64,000 nucleotides of DNA, from positions 63,860,001 through 63,924,000 of the forward strand of contig OX597814.1 in NCBI GenBank assembly GCA_951406725.2, written 5' to 3'. Positions 38,901-52,157 of this stretch are shown here, in pieces. The translations under genes were made by a program, and so were the position numbers. Each line of letters begins with the position of its first letter. Within the stretch, counting starts at the first letter, position 1. The stretch comes from Octopus vulgaris (Eukaryota). The notes beneath the pieces are model-generated. The model made no database searches, had not been told where the DNA came from, and was given only the letters and a program-made list of their open reading frames with translations.

Positions 38901-41456
38901 TTGGCTTCCCGACTTATTCAGAAATAATGTATTTAAAACGCTATTCTTAACTCTGTAGAAATCTCCCAACGAGGGGAAATTTCAGAATTTTACAAGATAA
39001 TTTGGTGCTTCTATGAAGAAAATTATTTCGAGATTGAAAACTTCATTATAATTGTTAGTATTGTTTCATTACATTTTTTTTGTTTTATTGATAGTCATTG
39101 TTAGGATGATATAATGTTAAATTGATATATGACTTTTAATTGTTACGTTATAAATTGTTTTCTAAATAAATCTCTTTCCTTATATGTAAGGGGAAATCGT
39201 GATAATAAAGTGGAAAATACATTTATTAAAGTGAGGAGTTGTTGAAAAAATGTTACGAAACACAAATTTTGACATTATTCAAAGTATTTTTGTTGCTAAG
39301 ATGTTAAGGTATGATGGTTTGAGGAGTAACGTGATTGCTAGCTGTAACAGATCGGGTGACCACGTTGAGTCTTTTGAATTAGATCATCTTGTCGCTTTGT
39401 TCACAGTAACTAGCAGTATATATGAGGCCTATTGGTAGCAGATTGTGAGTATTCCATCAACATTATGACAGAGAGGTAGTATTGAAGATGATGCTTAGAC
39501 ACAGATCCGCTCTGATTGAGCCGATCTATGAACAAAAGCATTTCAAGTATAACTATTCCATCTTTTTGCATGTAAGCGCAATTTCCCTTTATTTCGAGTT
39601 GTAAGGTGTGATCTGAGGGAGATTCAAATGGTATTCCTGGCAGGTCGAACGACAACGTAGCTGTTCACTTGATAGCAACAGTGACAATGTTAACGGTGGT
39701 AATGTTACTGTTGGTTATTTAATTATTAATGTTCGATTTCACATTGGAAATGTTTGGTTGTTTAGTTACAAAGGAGTGAAGTGATAATAATGCTCATTTC
39801 GGTTGTTGTAGACCACACTAATATGTGTTCTGCTTGTTTTCTCTAGGAGGATTAGATATACAAGATTTTTGTTCTTAATGTCATTGATGTTCGAGAATAC
39901 CTCTGACATGAACATCGTTTGCCAAATAATATTATGACAGTTTGGATACGTATTTCCTCTTCATATATTCCTGCAGGATTTTGTGGTGGTCACTAGATTT
40001 CATGAGTGCCTTTGAAGGCTTGAAATATTAATGCTGAAATGCTTGTTGGTGATTATAGAGAATATTGTTTGCTAGTTGTTATTGTTGTTGCTGTTGTTGT
40101 TTATTCGAAGATCAACTAGGATTAGGAACAGGAAAGTGCAAGGGCAATCCAGGGGTATATATCACGTCTTTTCCTGAGGCACAATGCGTCTACAGCTGTA
40201 TTACCCACTGTGCCCTTATTTTTCTAAGAAAAATGTGTGCTTTGATGGGAAATTGGTTATTATTGCCAGCAGACTATCGAGCAATCCCAGAAATAGTCCA
40301 TTTTCGCTTAACTTCAGGTCGGACCTAACCATCATTCGTGATTAAAATATTCCAAGCTTTAACCATTCTAAAATTAAAAAAAACTTCGGAGCCTAATCAT
40401 AGGTGAACAACTCATCCGCTTTTCAGGTGGAGTACAATAAGGAATACAATATGCAGTGGTTCATTCGTTTAATTAGTTATTCTTTTTATGGTTAGATGTG
40501 ATGAGTGATATTTATCTGATAAACTTTAGCATGTCGTGTAAGCGCTTAGATGCCCTCTTGTCTCCATGTTTGAAAAATTATAAGGTAAGGAAATTTCGCC
40601 CGATTGCTAGTAGTATTTACTTGTAGGTTACTTACTTTATTTTAAACATCCCATCATGCAATTCACAGGGTCACTGAGTTTCTAATGTCGAAAAAAAAAG
40701 AGCGCTTGTAACTCATAACTCAAGGCAGAATGAATATCACGAGGTATTTCTTTGTAAACCACTGTTTTTTTCTATTTTCTTGCGAATATTCATGCAGATA
40801 TTCATGTAATTTTCATAAAAGTATATGAAAATATGATTCATAAGAAACTGATCAATTCGAAGTTATAGTAGATGGAATTTTCTCCAGGTATCGCACAGTG
40901 GGATCGAATTCGGAACCAGGCAGTTATGAAACCAAGGTTTTTATTTTTTTTTTAACCATACGGCTATGTTTTCTAAGTAAACTTCAGCGTTGTTTCAAAT
41001 CAATGCTTTTGCTGAAGTGAAACACTCCAGAAGTAAAACACCTGGAACTTTTCTCCTCATTACTTTGTGTTTCGGCTTTACAAACATTCCTAAAAGCTTA
41101 TTACAATTAAACAATACGTCTGAATTCTTTTTTAGACGGTGCGGTCCCGTACACCAAAAGTTATTGGTAATCTAATCCTGTTGCCTCATATCATAAACAT
41201 TCGACAAAAAGTCAGAAAGACAGAAGGGATAGGGGGAGAAAGGGAGATTGGGGGAAAAGCGAAGAGCTTTTACAACGCTGTTTTCGGAAATGTATTTTGT
41301 TGCACATATAAGTAGAGAACAAGATTTGGTAGCACTCAGAATTTTGTTTTCAATTCCCTAAAAACCACTTGAAATACTATTTGCTTAATGTAAAAATTGC
41401 CATACAGATTTATTCAGTACTAATGGTTTACAAACTTTGGTACTGGACAATAATTG

Positions 41457-41561
<105 letters not shown>

Positions 41562-41921
41562 TACATACACGCGCGCGGGGACATTAAAAATTCGCCGAAA
41601 GAAGAGAAATCGGGTTAGAATAGATTGAACAACGCAGGGTAACTAGGAAAATATGATCTACCCCAGTCGTAAAAGTTTCATTTAACGTTCTATTGCAAAC
41701 TGCGGGAGTTCGATCTTAATTAAAAATTCCAATAATAATTATATTGGCAACAATGAGGTTTACAACCTGGAAAAACAACAAAGAGGAGTTAAACCTCGGT
41801 ACTTTTATTGTAAACCCAACGCTACAAATACGAGCCATTACCTGGTATATATATATATATGAGAGTAACTTAATTGGAAATGGATGCGTGGCGTTCAATC
41901 ATATAATAATATAAATAATAT

Positions 41922-41978
<57 letters not shown>

Positions 41979-42092
41979 TATATGAGTACATGACGTCACA
42001 ACACGTAAACAACATGAAAATACAAAGGCAAACTTGGGTATGCGAACAACGAGAGGAAAAAATGGAAAACAAGACATATGACAGAAAGAAAG

Positions 42093-42156
42093 ACCCTTCA
42101 CCAGTTGTCGGCTGTTCATCTACTCCGCATTTCGAGCAATTAACGACAATACGAGG
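42093..42156 (-). ncRNA. Non-circularly permuted hammerhead motif (core A6G)
   Basis: Minus strand reads CCTCGTA-TTGTCG-ttaatt-GCTC-GAAATGCGG-agtagatgaacagc-CGACAA-CTGGTGA-A-GGGT. Confidence 0.65.
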
Positions 42157-42662
42157 CTTCGAAAAACAGTTACTCACGCGAACCCCCAAAAAATGGGGAT
42201 TTGCGGAGGGTCAACGCTGATAACAAAAACAGGACAGGGGAGACACAACACACAAGGCAAAAACAAACATGGAGGGACGTTAGGCCAGACGAGGTAAGGT
42301 AGCGAACGCTGAAAGAATATTCTTTGACAAGAGAAAAGATAGAGGAGGAGACAGATAAGAATGCGTCTGGTCTGTGCAACAAACTGAAGGAATAGAAAGA
42401 TGATCAGGTGAGGAAAAGAAAGATGGACAATAGTTAAATATGAGTAGCGAGAGAGAGTAAAGGAGGAAAAAGGAGAGAGAGACAGACAGACATATAGAAA
42501 ACGGTGAAGGGGAGAAAAAAGAATTAGAGAAAGGATGAGAGGACAAAATATATATTCATGTTGTTTTCGTAGTTCATGTTGTTTACGTTTTGCTACGTCC
42601 TGTAGGCATATATGCATATATATATGTACATATAAATGTAGGTATGTACATATATGTATGTA

Positions 42663-42697
<35 letters not shown>

Positions 42698-42727
42698 ATA
42701 TATATATATATATATACATATATATAT

Positions 42728-42782
<55 letters not shown>

Positions 42783-42874
42783 TAGGTACGTATATATATA
42801 TATATTTATATGTAAATATATACATGCGAATATATACACTTATAGGTACATATTTATATATACACACACATATG

Positions 42875-42908
<34 letters not shown>

Positions 42909-43298
42909 GTATATATATATATGTATGTATGTGTATATATATATACATATATATTTACATGTATGTATATAGTTGTATACATATATACATAAATATAACA
43001 ACACACACATACACACACACACACACACACATATATATACGATAAAACTTACTTAGAAGTGGATGCGTGGCGTTCTATCATATAATAACAAAATAATAAA
43101 TAAAACATATGCATATATACATACATATATGTATGTACCTATATCTATATGTATATATACATGCATATATGGGTACAGGACACCAAAAAATCGTCGAACA
43201 CAATGAGAAACGAAAACATAAAAACAAAACCAAGGAAATGGACATTTTTCTTAAACAACGAAAAAATAGAGTACAAGACATACAACACAAGGAACATT

Positions 43299-43360
43299 CC
43301 CCTTCTTCAGCCGCCTCTGTTTCATCTACTCCGCGTTTCGAGGGTAAAGGCGAGACACGA
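43299..43360 (-). ncRNA. Non-circularly permuted hammerhead motif, intact core
   Basis: Minus strand reads TCGTGTC-TCGCCT-tta-CCCTC-GAAACGCGG-agtagatgaaacag-AGGCGG-CTGAAGA-A-GGGG. Confidence 0.75.
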
Positions 43361-43863
43361 CTTCTTGAAACAGTCCTTCCCGCAAAGCAAATTAAATAAA
43401 ATTTCAGATTTTTTTGCGGATGGGTAAAGGTGATGACACTGTTTTTTGCAAACTATCTTCTGCAGGTTCTTTCATTCAAGCATTATTTCCCATTAACTGA
43501 GTGTATGTTTCGAGTCGCTTCGACTGCAGAGTTTCCTTTTTTTGTACTCATAAAACATTATGTGCCTTAAATGTTACTTGGATACTTCCATGTAAGAAAG
43601 TGTTTTAATCAAAGAAATTTTAATTCTATTATTCTGTAAAATAATATTTAATTAGTTTAAATGTACACGAATGCATAAAAATAATTTTTAATTCCATTAG
43701 ACATTCTAAAATACTATTAAATTTCATTCAATTTTAAGAAAGGTAAAATCGGACGGAACTTATGGGATGAACTGATACATAGACCCTGCCATTTTGGATT
43801 ACCCGATATTTTAAACTTTCTGGATTGTTGGAACCTTTCTTTATTGCTCATTTCATTCATTTG

Positions 43864-43931
<68 letters not shown>

Positions 43932-43942
43932 GAGAGAGAGAG

Positions 43943-44040
<98 letters not shown>

Positions 44041-44147
44041 GCCATCCCTGATGATTCTTTAACGAGAGACTAAGTAATCTAAATTGGTTAATCATCACTC
44101 TCTCTTTCTCCCTCTTTATCTCTCTGTTTATATCTGCCTATATATGC

Positions 44148-44201
<54 letters not shown>

Positions 44202-45974
44202 GTATCTGTGTGTGATGTGTGTGTTTGTGTGAGTGTATGTGTGTAAGTATGTATCATGTATTTATGTATATGTATATGCATGTATGCCATGAAAAGTGAA
44301 CATACAGGAAGAATCGAGTGTTCACAGTGAGAGAGAATTGTCATCTTAGAAAATTAAACGTTGCGTAAAGTTATATATATACACCAGCGTATAAATGATA
44401 CGTACATATATGCATAGACACACACGCACACACACACATAAGCATTTATGTATGCAAAGAGGACCAAAAATAGTATTGTATTGCGGATGCAGTTTTCCAT
44501 CTATGCATGTTTATTTCTGTTAGCCAATTATATCTCTAAGTCACTCATAATTTCTTACGGCTGACCGAATCAGTCAGCAAAGGGGAAGCATTTAATTTTC
44601 ATTTGGTGAGGATATACGAGTTGAACTTTCCACCTCTTTGGTAATCATTATCAGAGTGAAGTTTGATAATTGTGTTATAGAATTAAGACATATTAATTCC
44701 GGAATTAATTCACTAAGTCGTTCTATTTATGATAACAATATGCTTGGCAACAATCCATGGATTCGCAACTAATGCGTTGTCGATGCTTTTATTATTCTCT
44801 TTTTCTTTCATCAAACCATTATTGGGTTTGTCTTTTACCCAAAGCACTGTCAAGCCAAGGATATTAGTATATTGTCCATAATAGTCGTATTTCACAGCAA
44901 AAGGCAATACAATGTATCTTCTCAAACCCAATTAATCTTCTAGTCTATCTTCTTCTATTAATGCCTCACCCAAGCATTTTTTATTCCCCGCCGTCTTGTG
45001 TGCGGTAGCCACTTTCACTTGATAGTTAATATTCGTCATTCTGCGGTAGAGCTCAGTCATTTTTCAGCACAATGTGAGATACACAACGTGCTGTCGCCTA
45101 ATGGTGAATCGAACCCATGCCTTTACAATCTTGACTCAAGTAGCTTAACTATGTAGCCACACCAAAGAAATAGAATGAGATGGAATCATAGAGCAACGTA
45201 TCAATTGCAGGCTTAAAATCTTTAATGGTTTTGGATATCTATTGAGGGTAACAATTTTGTCGACGAGAAGTATAATATATGAATTTAATAGGAACATCAT
45301 GGTGGTAGTGGTGGTGGTGGTGGTGATGATGGTGATGATGTTAGGGATGATGATGATGATGATGATGATGATGAAATTAAAATAATCATTATTTTTTCAT
45401 TGGCCCCTATTGCTAGTATAAGTACAAAATATACGTGTACAAACGGAAAACAGGGCAAGTGTTGCATATATACACGGATTTATAAAAAATTTATTATTAA
45501 AAGTTAATAATAAAATTTAAATAATGAAATGTTTTAATCGATAGAAGACATCCGAACACTACCAGTGGAAGCCCCTCAAAAATCACAGTGACCCTGACTA
45601 TATAGTTAAGTGCCCCTCCCATTTAATCCTGCTACAATCTAGATAAAATCGTATGTTCACCTCTCATCTACCTTTCAACGAATTTGCTAGATGACAACAC
45701 CTCCCTCTCCACCTTCAATTGTTTTTACAAGTGAAACCTGAAAAAGTTGATGTGGGCTTGGGCAAAGAGGAAAGAATGTCTTCAGTGCTTTCACTCTCTT
45801 TCTACCAAATATCTTTCGCCATGACCACCACACAGATAAAAGCACCCTCCCTTTCCTGTCCAAAGGAACGCGGCAGAGCGATTTTCACTATGGACTCAAC
45901 TGCTAGCCGGATCCATACTACACGTGACAGCAACTTTTCGACATAGTAATCATTTCTGCTAAAAATCACAAGCG

Positions 45975-46265
45975 TGGAATTTTGTGGGGAGGGGGGAAAT
46001 CAATTCCCTCAACCCCAGTGCTCAACTGGTACTTATTTTATTGACCCCGAAAAGATAAAAAGTTAAGTCGACTTCGGCGGAATTTGAACTCTGAACGGAC
46101 GAGATGCCGCTAAGCATTTTCCCGTCATGCTACCGATTCTGTCAGATTGCAGTCTTATAGGAAAATTTGTCACCGGTGGCATTTGAACTCAAAACATGAA
46201 GTCGGAAGAAATACCGTAAAGTATTTTGGACGGCGCGGTAAAATCCCCGCCAGCCCGCTACCTTC
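45975..46265 (-). mobile_element. Two SINE A copies or fragments
   Basis: Similarity to 2262-2476. Confidence 0.8.
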
Positions 46266-47292
46266 CTTGCAATCTTTAATAATAGCGATTTGTAACATCT
46301 GTAGAGAAGTATGAGCAATACTTTATTGGAGGAAAAAGAAAACTGTGAGGGATTTTGTCTTGGAATGTTAAAAGGAGTAAATACTGTAAGTTATTCTATT
46401 CCAGCACTGTATATATTCTGAAAAAGAGAAAAGAAGATGAAATCAAGATCTGGAAGAATAGAAAAGCATTGTGAAAATCTATAAAATAAAAGCAAAAAGG
46501 AAGATTGGAGAGCTGTTGGTAATAGAGGAAAAGGAAACAAAAAAAGCCAAACATACTGATAAAAAGAATATATGCAAGAGTGTTTATTATATAAACTTGA
46601 TGTCTGAGATGTTGTGTGGAAACAGATATTTCTCCTGCGATTAGCAATGATTTATCAAGGAATCGAAACTAAGTCATAGACTATAAATTAACATAACTAA
46701 GCTCGGTAAATTAGAATTGAGAACAAAACACAAGGGCATCAACAAAGAATTAGAGATAAAACAACAGCGTTTACGTTGCGTCATCCACAATTAGGCTTCG
46801 ATAAATAGTTTTTATCTTCTTTTCCTAAGCAAATTAAGATATTTTTTGAAAGTGTAGAGTTATAAATTTGCTACTGTAAGATTACAAACTATCAAATTGA
46901 AACAAAAGAAAATAAATAAGAAATAATACTGTTTATTCTTGAAACATAAAGCTATACTCATGTTTTTCCAAAACACCATTTCGTGTTCATTCACAAAGAT
47001 TCTTTTGTCATTTTAAGATATATCAATGCATTTAGACCTTACTTTGTTGAAGAGGTCATTGCCTTCTCATATCTAAATAAATTTCGGAGCTTTCTCTCTG
47101 TCTTTGTTTGCAAAATTAACCTTTGAGAAAATGAGTGCATTTTTAATAAGTGTGTAATTTTAACTAATTAAAATGTCTTCGTTTACAACTTAAAGCATAC
47201 GTTAAAAGAGTGGGGGGGGGGAGATTGTGAAATTCAAAATACATTTAAAATAAATGAAGCGAGAAAATATATCTTAACTGTGTAAACATATG

Positions 47293-47326
<34 letters not shown>

Positions 47327-48984
47327 CAATACACACAAAGATACTTATTTCCTCCCAATATACAGCAATACACTTTTACGTGGGGAAGTCCCCATTTTCC
47401 AGAATCTTTTTTCAGGATATTCATGGAATATTAGTAATTACACAAAGTGCTACATTGTATTGTTATCCAGGTTCATAATTAGCTCTAAGCACCAATATCA
47501 CTGCAGTTCAAATAAACAATGACAAAACGACATTATTTCGTTTCGTTTCATTCTGCAGCGTGCTCAGGTCCACGTGTAATATAATTTTGTCAGACAAATT
47601 CCTCTGAAAGTAGGAGGAAAACTTTAGAAATTGTCTCTTGTTTTAAACTTTGCCTTCCCATTTTTATCTGGTTTTGTAGCTGGACATGCATATATCTGCT
47701 GCAACAGCTCTTCTGAATGCTGCTATTGCTATAAACATTATTGCTGCAACGTTGCAACTATTGTATTTTGCAACTATTGTTTTGATGTTTGTTATCGACA
47801 TTGCTCTCCACCTTCATTTCAGATATTTACATATTTACATATGAAATACATTACAATATCTAATCTAAATCTGCAGTAGATATACAAATCTTATTAACCC
47901 TTTGAATATGAAAGTTGTTACTATTTACTCCAAGGATTGCTTTGTCTTCCCTTATACACAAAGATACTGAGCAAATTATACGCCAAATGAATGTTAAACC
48001 GACCAAACAAATTCAATCAACTTCTAAAATTCCTAGTTAGGATCATAACTTTCAAACAGTAAAAAAAAGGTTACCTTGGTTCTTATGATAAGATTATACA
48101 ATGTGGCACCTAAAACAGGAGCCACCCGCTGACACATTTTTGTTGTTTGGTACCAAGCCAGTTCTGAAAGGGCAGAAATTTAACCAAAACATTCTAATAG
48201 TGACTAGGATTATGTTATATAATGTCCCCCTTCCTTTTAAGGGATTAAGATACGAATGAGGAGAATATGGATGCTATTTCCAACAGATAACGCGACCTCA
48301 TTGTAAAGTGGATGTTAAAATGCCCTTATGCACAAATAAGCATATCTTTCATCAGTTTTCTCTGTTTTTCTTTTTTTTTTTCTTCACAGAAATCTACTCT
48401 TGAAATTTTACATGCGAGTCGTTTGTACTTTAATATGTTGTTATCGCCTTCTTTTACAATACCATGTGTAAATTATTGTATTCTATGTTGTATCACATAG
48501 TATACAGTTTTACGATAGACACTAAGCCTCAGATTTGTGGGAAAGCATAAGAGATTACGTCGATATTTGTATTTAATTTTTTAACCCTGGAAAAATGAGA
48601 TGTTCTCTTGGTCTTGGCGGTGATTGAATTCAGAATGTGAAACAACATAACTAATTAACATAATCATAATAGGTGTGAGGCTGATGGATACCAAGATTGG
48701 CAAAATAGTAGACACATTTCTTTGCGGTAATTTTAGGCACAATCCTTCACGATCTGATTTCAAATCCTGGCAGAGTAAACTTTTAGTTTCATCCCCGGGG
48801 TTCTATGTATAGACGCCAGTGAATGAAACGAAAAGTACTTAATAAGTACCATTAGTGCACTAAATTGATCGATATAATTATCTAACTCTGACCTCAAATT
48901 AAGACCAACTATATTTGTTGATATAGTCAATCGACTGTTATTTTTGTGTCTTGAGTCTATGTAATTACTATCATTGTTATGGAA

Positions 48985-49395
48985 GTCTGAGAGCTGGCAG
49001 AATCGTTAGCACGCTGGACGAAATGCTTAGCGGTATCTCGCCCGTCGCTACGTTCTGAGTTCAAATTCCTCCGAGGTCGACTTTGCCTTTCATCCTTTCG
49101 GAGTCGATAATTAAGTACCAGTTGTGTACTAGTGTCGATCTAATCGATTGTCCCCTCCACAGCCAAATTTCAGACTTTATGCTTATAATAGAGAGATTAT
49201 CCCTATTAAGGCGAGCTAGAAGAATCGTTAGCACGCCGGACAAAATACTGAGCTGCATTTCGTCCGTTTTTGTGTTCTGAGTCCAACATCTGCTGAGGAG
49301 TCGAGGAAATAAGTACCAGTTGAGCACTAAGGTCCGTGTGATCGACTAGCCCATTCCCCTAAATAATTTCAGGCCTCTGCCTATAGTAGAAAGGA
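48985..49395 (+). mobile_element. Two tandem SINE A copies
   Basis: Similarity to 2262-2476. Confidence 0.85.
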
Positions 49396-50052
49396 TTATT
49401 ACTATTATGAACTTTGGCTCGGCTGAACAAATATGCAGTTCGCTTCGCAAATATGATTGCCAGGTTCACTCCTACTGGGAAGCAACTTGAACAAGTGTCG
49501 GTTACACATAGTCTCGGATCACCCAAGCTTTCTCAGGGTAATTAAGTTAATAGAAATTGTCTGGAGCCATGTGAAATAAATTTTCCTCATTCAAATGCCT
49601 AGCCTTATATCATCCTTATACAAGCTGCAGAATTATATCAAAGATATGCGTGTCTATCAAATACTCTATTCGTACACAAATTCTCTGAGCAGTGTATAAG
49701 TGATTGGATAATTGAACATTCATCTTCGAAGCTGATGGTGATCCGTTTACGCAAATAAAATTACATATCAAAAATTTGCGATGAACAGAATTTGTAGACA
49801 GTAAAAGATCGCGCATTACATTATGTTCCAAGTTCAAATCCATCCGATATTGAATTCATACAGCATGTATTATGTATCATATATCATGTATCCCAAGTAA
49901 GTAATGAAGTTGATTAAATCACCTAATACACACCTCAAGCTATCGATGTTCAACTTAAGCTATCTTGATGCAAACAGCCATATTTATTCAGAAAGAATTC
50001 ATATTGCACATATATTCTGTATTTACACCGGTCTAAAAAGCTGTTTTATTTT

Positions 50053-52157
50053 GTTAGTTAGTTAGTTAATTTGGCTCAAAAGCAAATAGCAAGGCCATGT
50101 AGGGGGACATGGAGTTAAGTACAGGGTGGTGTTCATGTAAAGAGTTCAGGCCACTTGAGGTCCAGGGAGGCTTTGAACAAAGCGGTCGTCGGCATCTTCA
50201 CCATCTCGTCTGGCAGCTTGTTCCACGGATCCGCAACCCGGACGGAGAAAGCTCCTCTCCTTCGATTGAGATGAAATCGTCGCAGGTAGAGCTTTTCGGA
50301 ATGACCCCGCAGCCGACGCTCCGGAGCAGGAGTGAAGAACAGCTCTTTCGAGAGGTTACACTTCCCGCTTATGATGTTGTGGGCGAGAATGAGATCACCA
50401 CGGCGGCGGCGTTTTTCAAGACAACAAAGGTCGAGCGTCCTCAGCCTTTCTTCGTAGGACAAATTTTTGAGACCATGAACCATACGGGTAGCCAGCCTCT
50501 GGACTCTTTCGGGGTGCTGTATGTCTTTGAGGAGATAAGGAGAAGAGGCTTGAATCCCATACTCCAATATGGGTCTCACCAGCGTGACATAGAGTGGCAG
50601 GAATATGGCTGCTGTGAGCATTCCGAATGACCGTCGAATCAAAAACAGAATTCCGCGCGCTTTGTTGGCAGCATGGACGCACTGGGCCGAAGGCGAAAAG
50701 GAGGAATCCACTAAGATACCCAGGTCCTTTACCTGATCGGTCCTCTCCAGCAGCAGACGACCCGGCTCGAAATCAAGTTGAGTTGCAGGAGTAGAGCCGA
50801 CAGGCAGATGACAGCACTTTGACACGTTCAGACACAGGTCCCAATTGTTAGACCACTTCCAAATTTGGTGGAGGCATCGACGAAGATCCTCTATACTACC
50901 GCGAGGAGCGACCAGTTTGATATCGTCGGCAAATAGAAGGGTGTGTTGCGTGAGGTCGTCGGGCAAGTCATTTATGAAGACTAAGAACAACAAGGGCCCA
51001 AGCACTGAACCTTGAGGCACGCCACTGCTCGCACTGGAGACGTCGGACCGCGAACCATTAACTTGAACTTGGAAGGAGCGATCTGAGAGGAAGGCACCAA
51101 CCCATCGTACAATATCCGGATGGAAACTATATGCTTGAAGCTTGACAAGTAGTAGGCGGTAGTTTACCGAGTCAAAAGCTTTGGCAAAGTCCAATAAAAC
51201 GATGTCAACATCATCACTATCATCGAGGATGCGCGTCACCAATTCTTCCATTACTAGTAAGTTGGTCAAGCATGATCTCTTCGGCACGAAGCCGTGTTGG
51301 GAATCAGTGATCGAGGCTGTGTTTAGGAGGTGGAGCATCATACTTTTCTTAAGGATGGTTTCGAACATCTTGCTGATTATTGATGTAAGGGAAACCGGTC
51401 GGTAGTTAAGCGGGTCTTCGCGGCTCCCTTTCTTAAAAATTGGGCAGATTATCGCTGTTCTCCAGTCTGCAGGTATAACACCCGTCGCCAATGACATATT
51501 GAATAGTCGTGTTAAGGGCTCGCAGATGACCGGAGCCAACGCTTTGATAACCCGTGGGTGTATGCCGTCAGGGCCGTGACCCTTGTTGACATCGAGGCCT
51601 TGAACAACACGTTTGACTTGGTCCCGCGTGATGATCAATCGAAGCATTGGAGGTACCGATCTATCAAATGGAGGGGGTTCACGACCATCATCTTGTTTGA
51701 AAATAGTTGAAAAAGCCTCGGCAAATAATTGACTCTGTTGATAAGGGTCCTCAATCGATACGCCTGTTGAGTCTACCAACGTTGCAATCTGGTTGTTCAA
51801 GCGGGAATTAGCTGGACATGGGCAAAGAAGGATTTTGGATTGCTACTGGCATTTGCCGCGATTTTGTATTCATAACTGAAGCGTTCTTTCTTTTCAATTT
51901 TCACGGCTCGGTCTCGTTGAGTTTTGTACACCTCAAAAGCTGCAGTCGAATCCAGATTTTTGAATTCAGCCCAAGCAATATCTCTGAGTCGACGTTCTCG
52001 TTTAACCTTCTTCGTCACCCAGGGCTTGTGTTTCTTCCTCTTGGGAAGTCCAACGGGAACTGCCTGGTCAGTCAAACAGATTACATATGCTTTGAGGGAT
52101 GACCATAGTTCGTCAACTGAGGACAACGTCATCAGGGAACGCCAGTCCAGAAGCGCG
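50053..52157 (-). mobile_element. Young 5'-truncated CR1-group LINE with (TAAC)n tail
   Basis: GC-rich block. ORFs 51797-52132 and 50133-51800 are joined by one frameshift. Short 3' UTR, then (TAAC)n. Confidence 0.95.
50133..51800 (-). CDS. Non-LTR reverse transcriptase (LINE ORF2 C-terminal part, 555 aa)
   Basis: GPDGI, NYRPVSLTS, QHGF, LDFAKAFDSV, GVPQGSVLGPLLF, FADD, KDLG, RPILEY and WNKLP motifs. Confidence 0.95.
   Translation of the reverse strand: MNNQIATLVDSTGVSIEDPYQQSQLFAEAFSTIFKQDDGREPPPFDRSVPPMLRLIITRDQVKRVVQGLDVNKGHGPDGIHPRVIKALAPVICEPLTRLFNMSLATGVIPADWRTAIICPIFKKGSREDPLNYRPVSLTSIISKMFETILKKSMMLHLLNTASITDSQHGFVPKRSCLTNLLVMEELVTRILDDSDDVDIVLLDFAKAFDSVNYRLLLVKLQAYSFHPDIVRWVGAFLSDRSFQVQVNGSRSDVSSASSGVPQGSVLGPLLFLVFINDLPDDLTQHTLLFADDIKLVAPRGSIEDLRRCLHQIWKWSNNWDLCLNVSKCCHLPVGSTPATQLDFEPGRLLLERTDQVKDLGILVDSSFSPSAQCVHAANKARGILFLIRRSFGMLTAAIFLPLYVTLVRPILEYGIQASSPYLLKDIQHPERVQRLATRMVHGLKNLSYEERLRTLDLCCLEKRRRRGDLILAHNIISGKCNLSKELFFTPAPERRLRGHSEKLYLRRFHLNRRRGAFSVRVADPWNKLPDEMVKMPTTALFKASLDLKWPELFT

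Noticed and set aside
44716-44880. Short hydrophobic ORF resembling a signal peptide
   Set aside because: About 50 codons in T-rich DNA with no other support.
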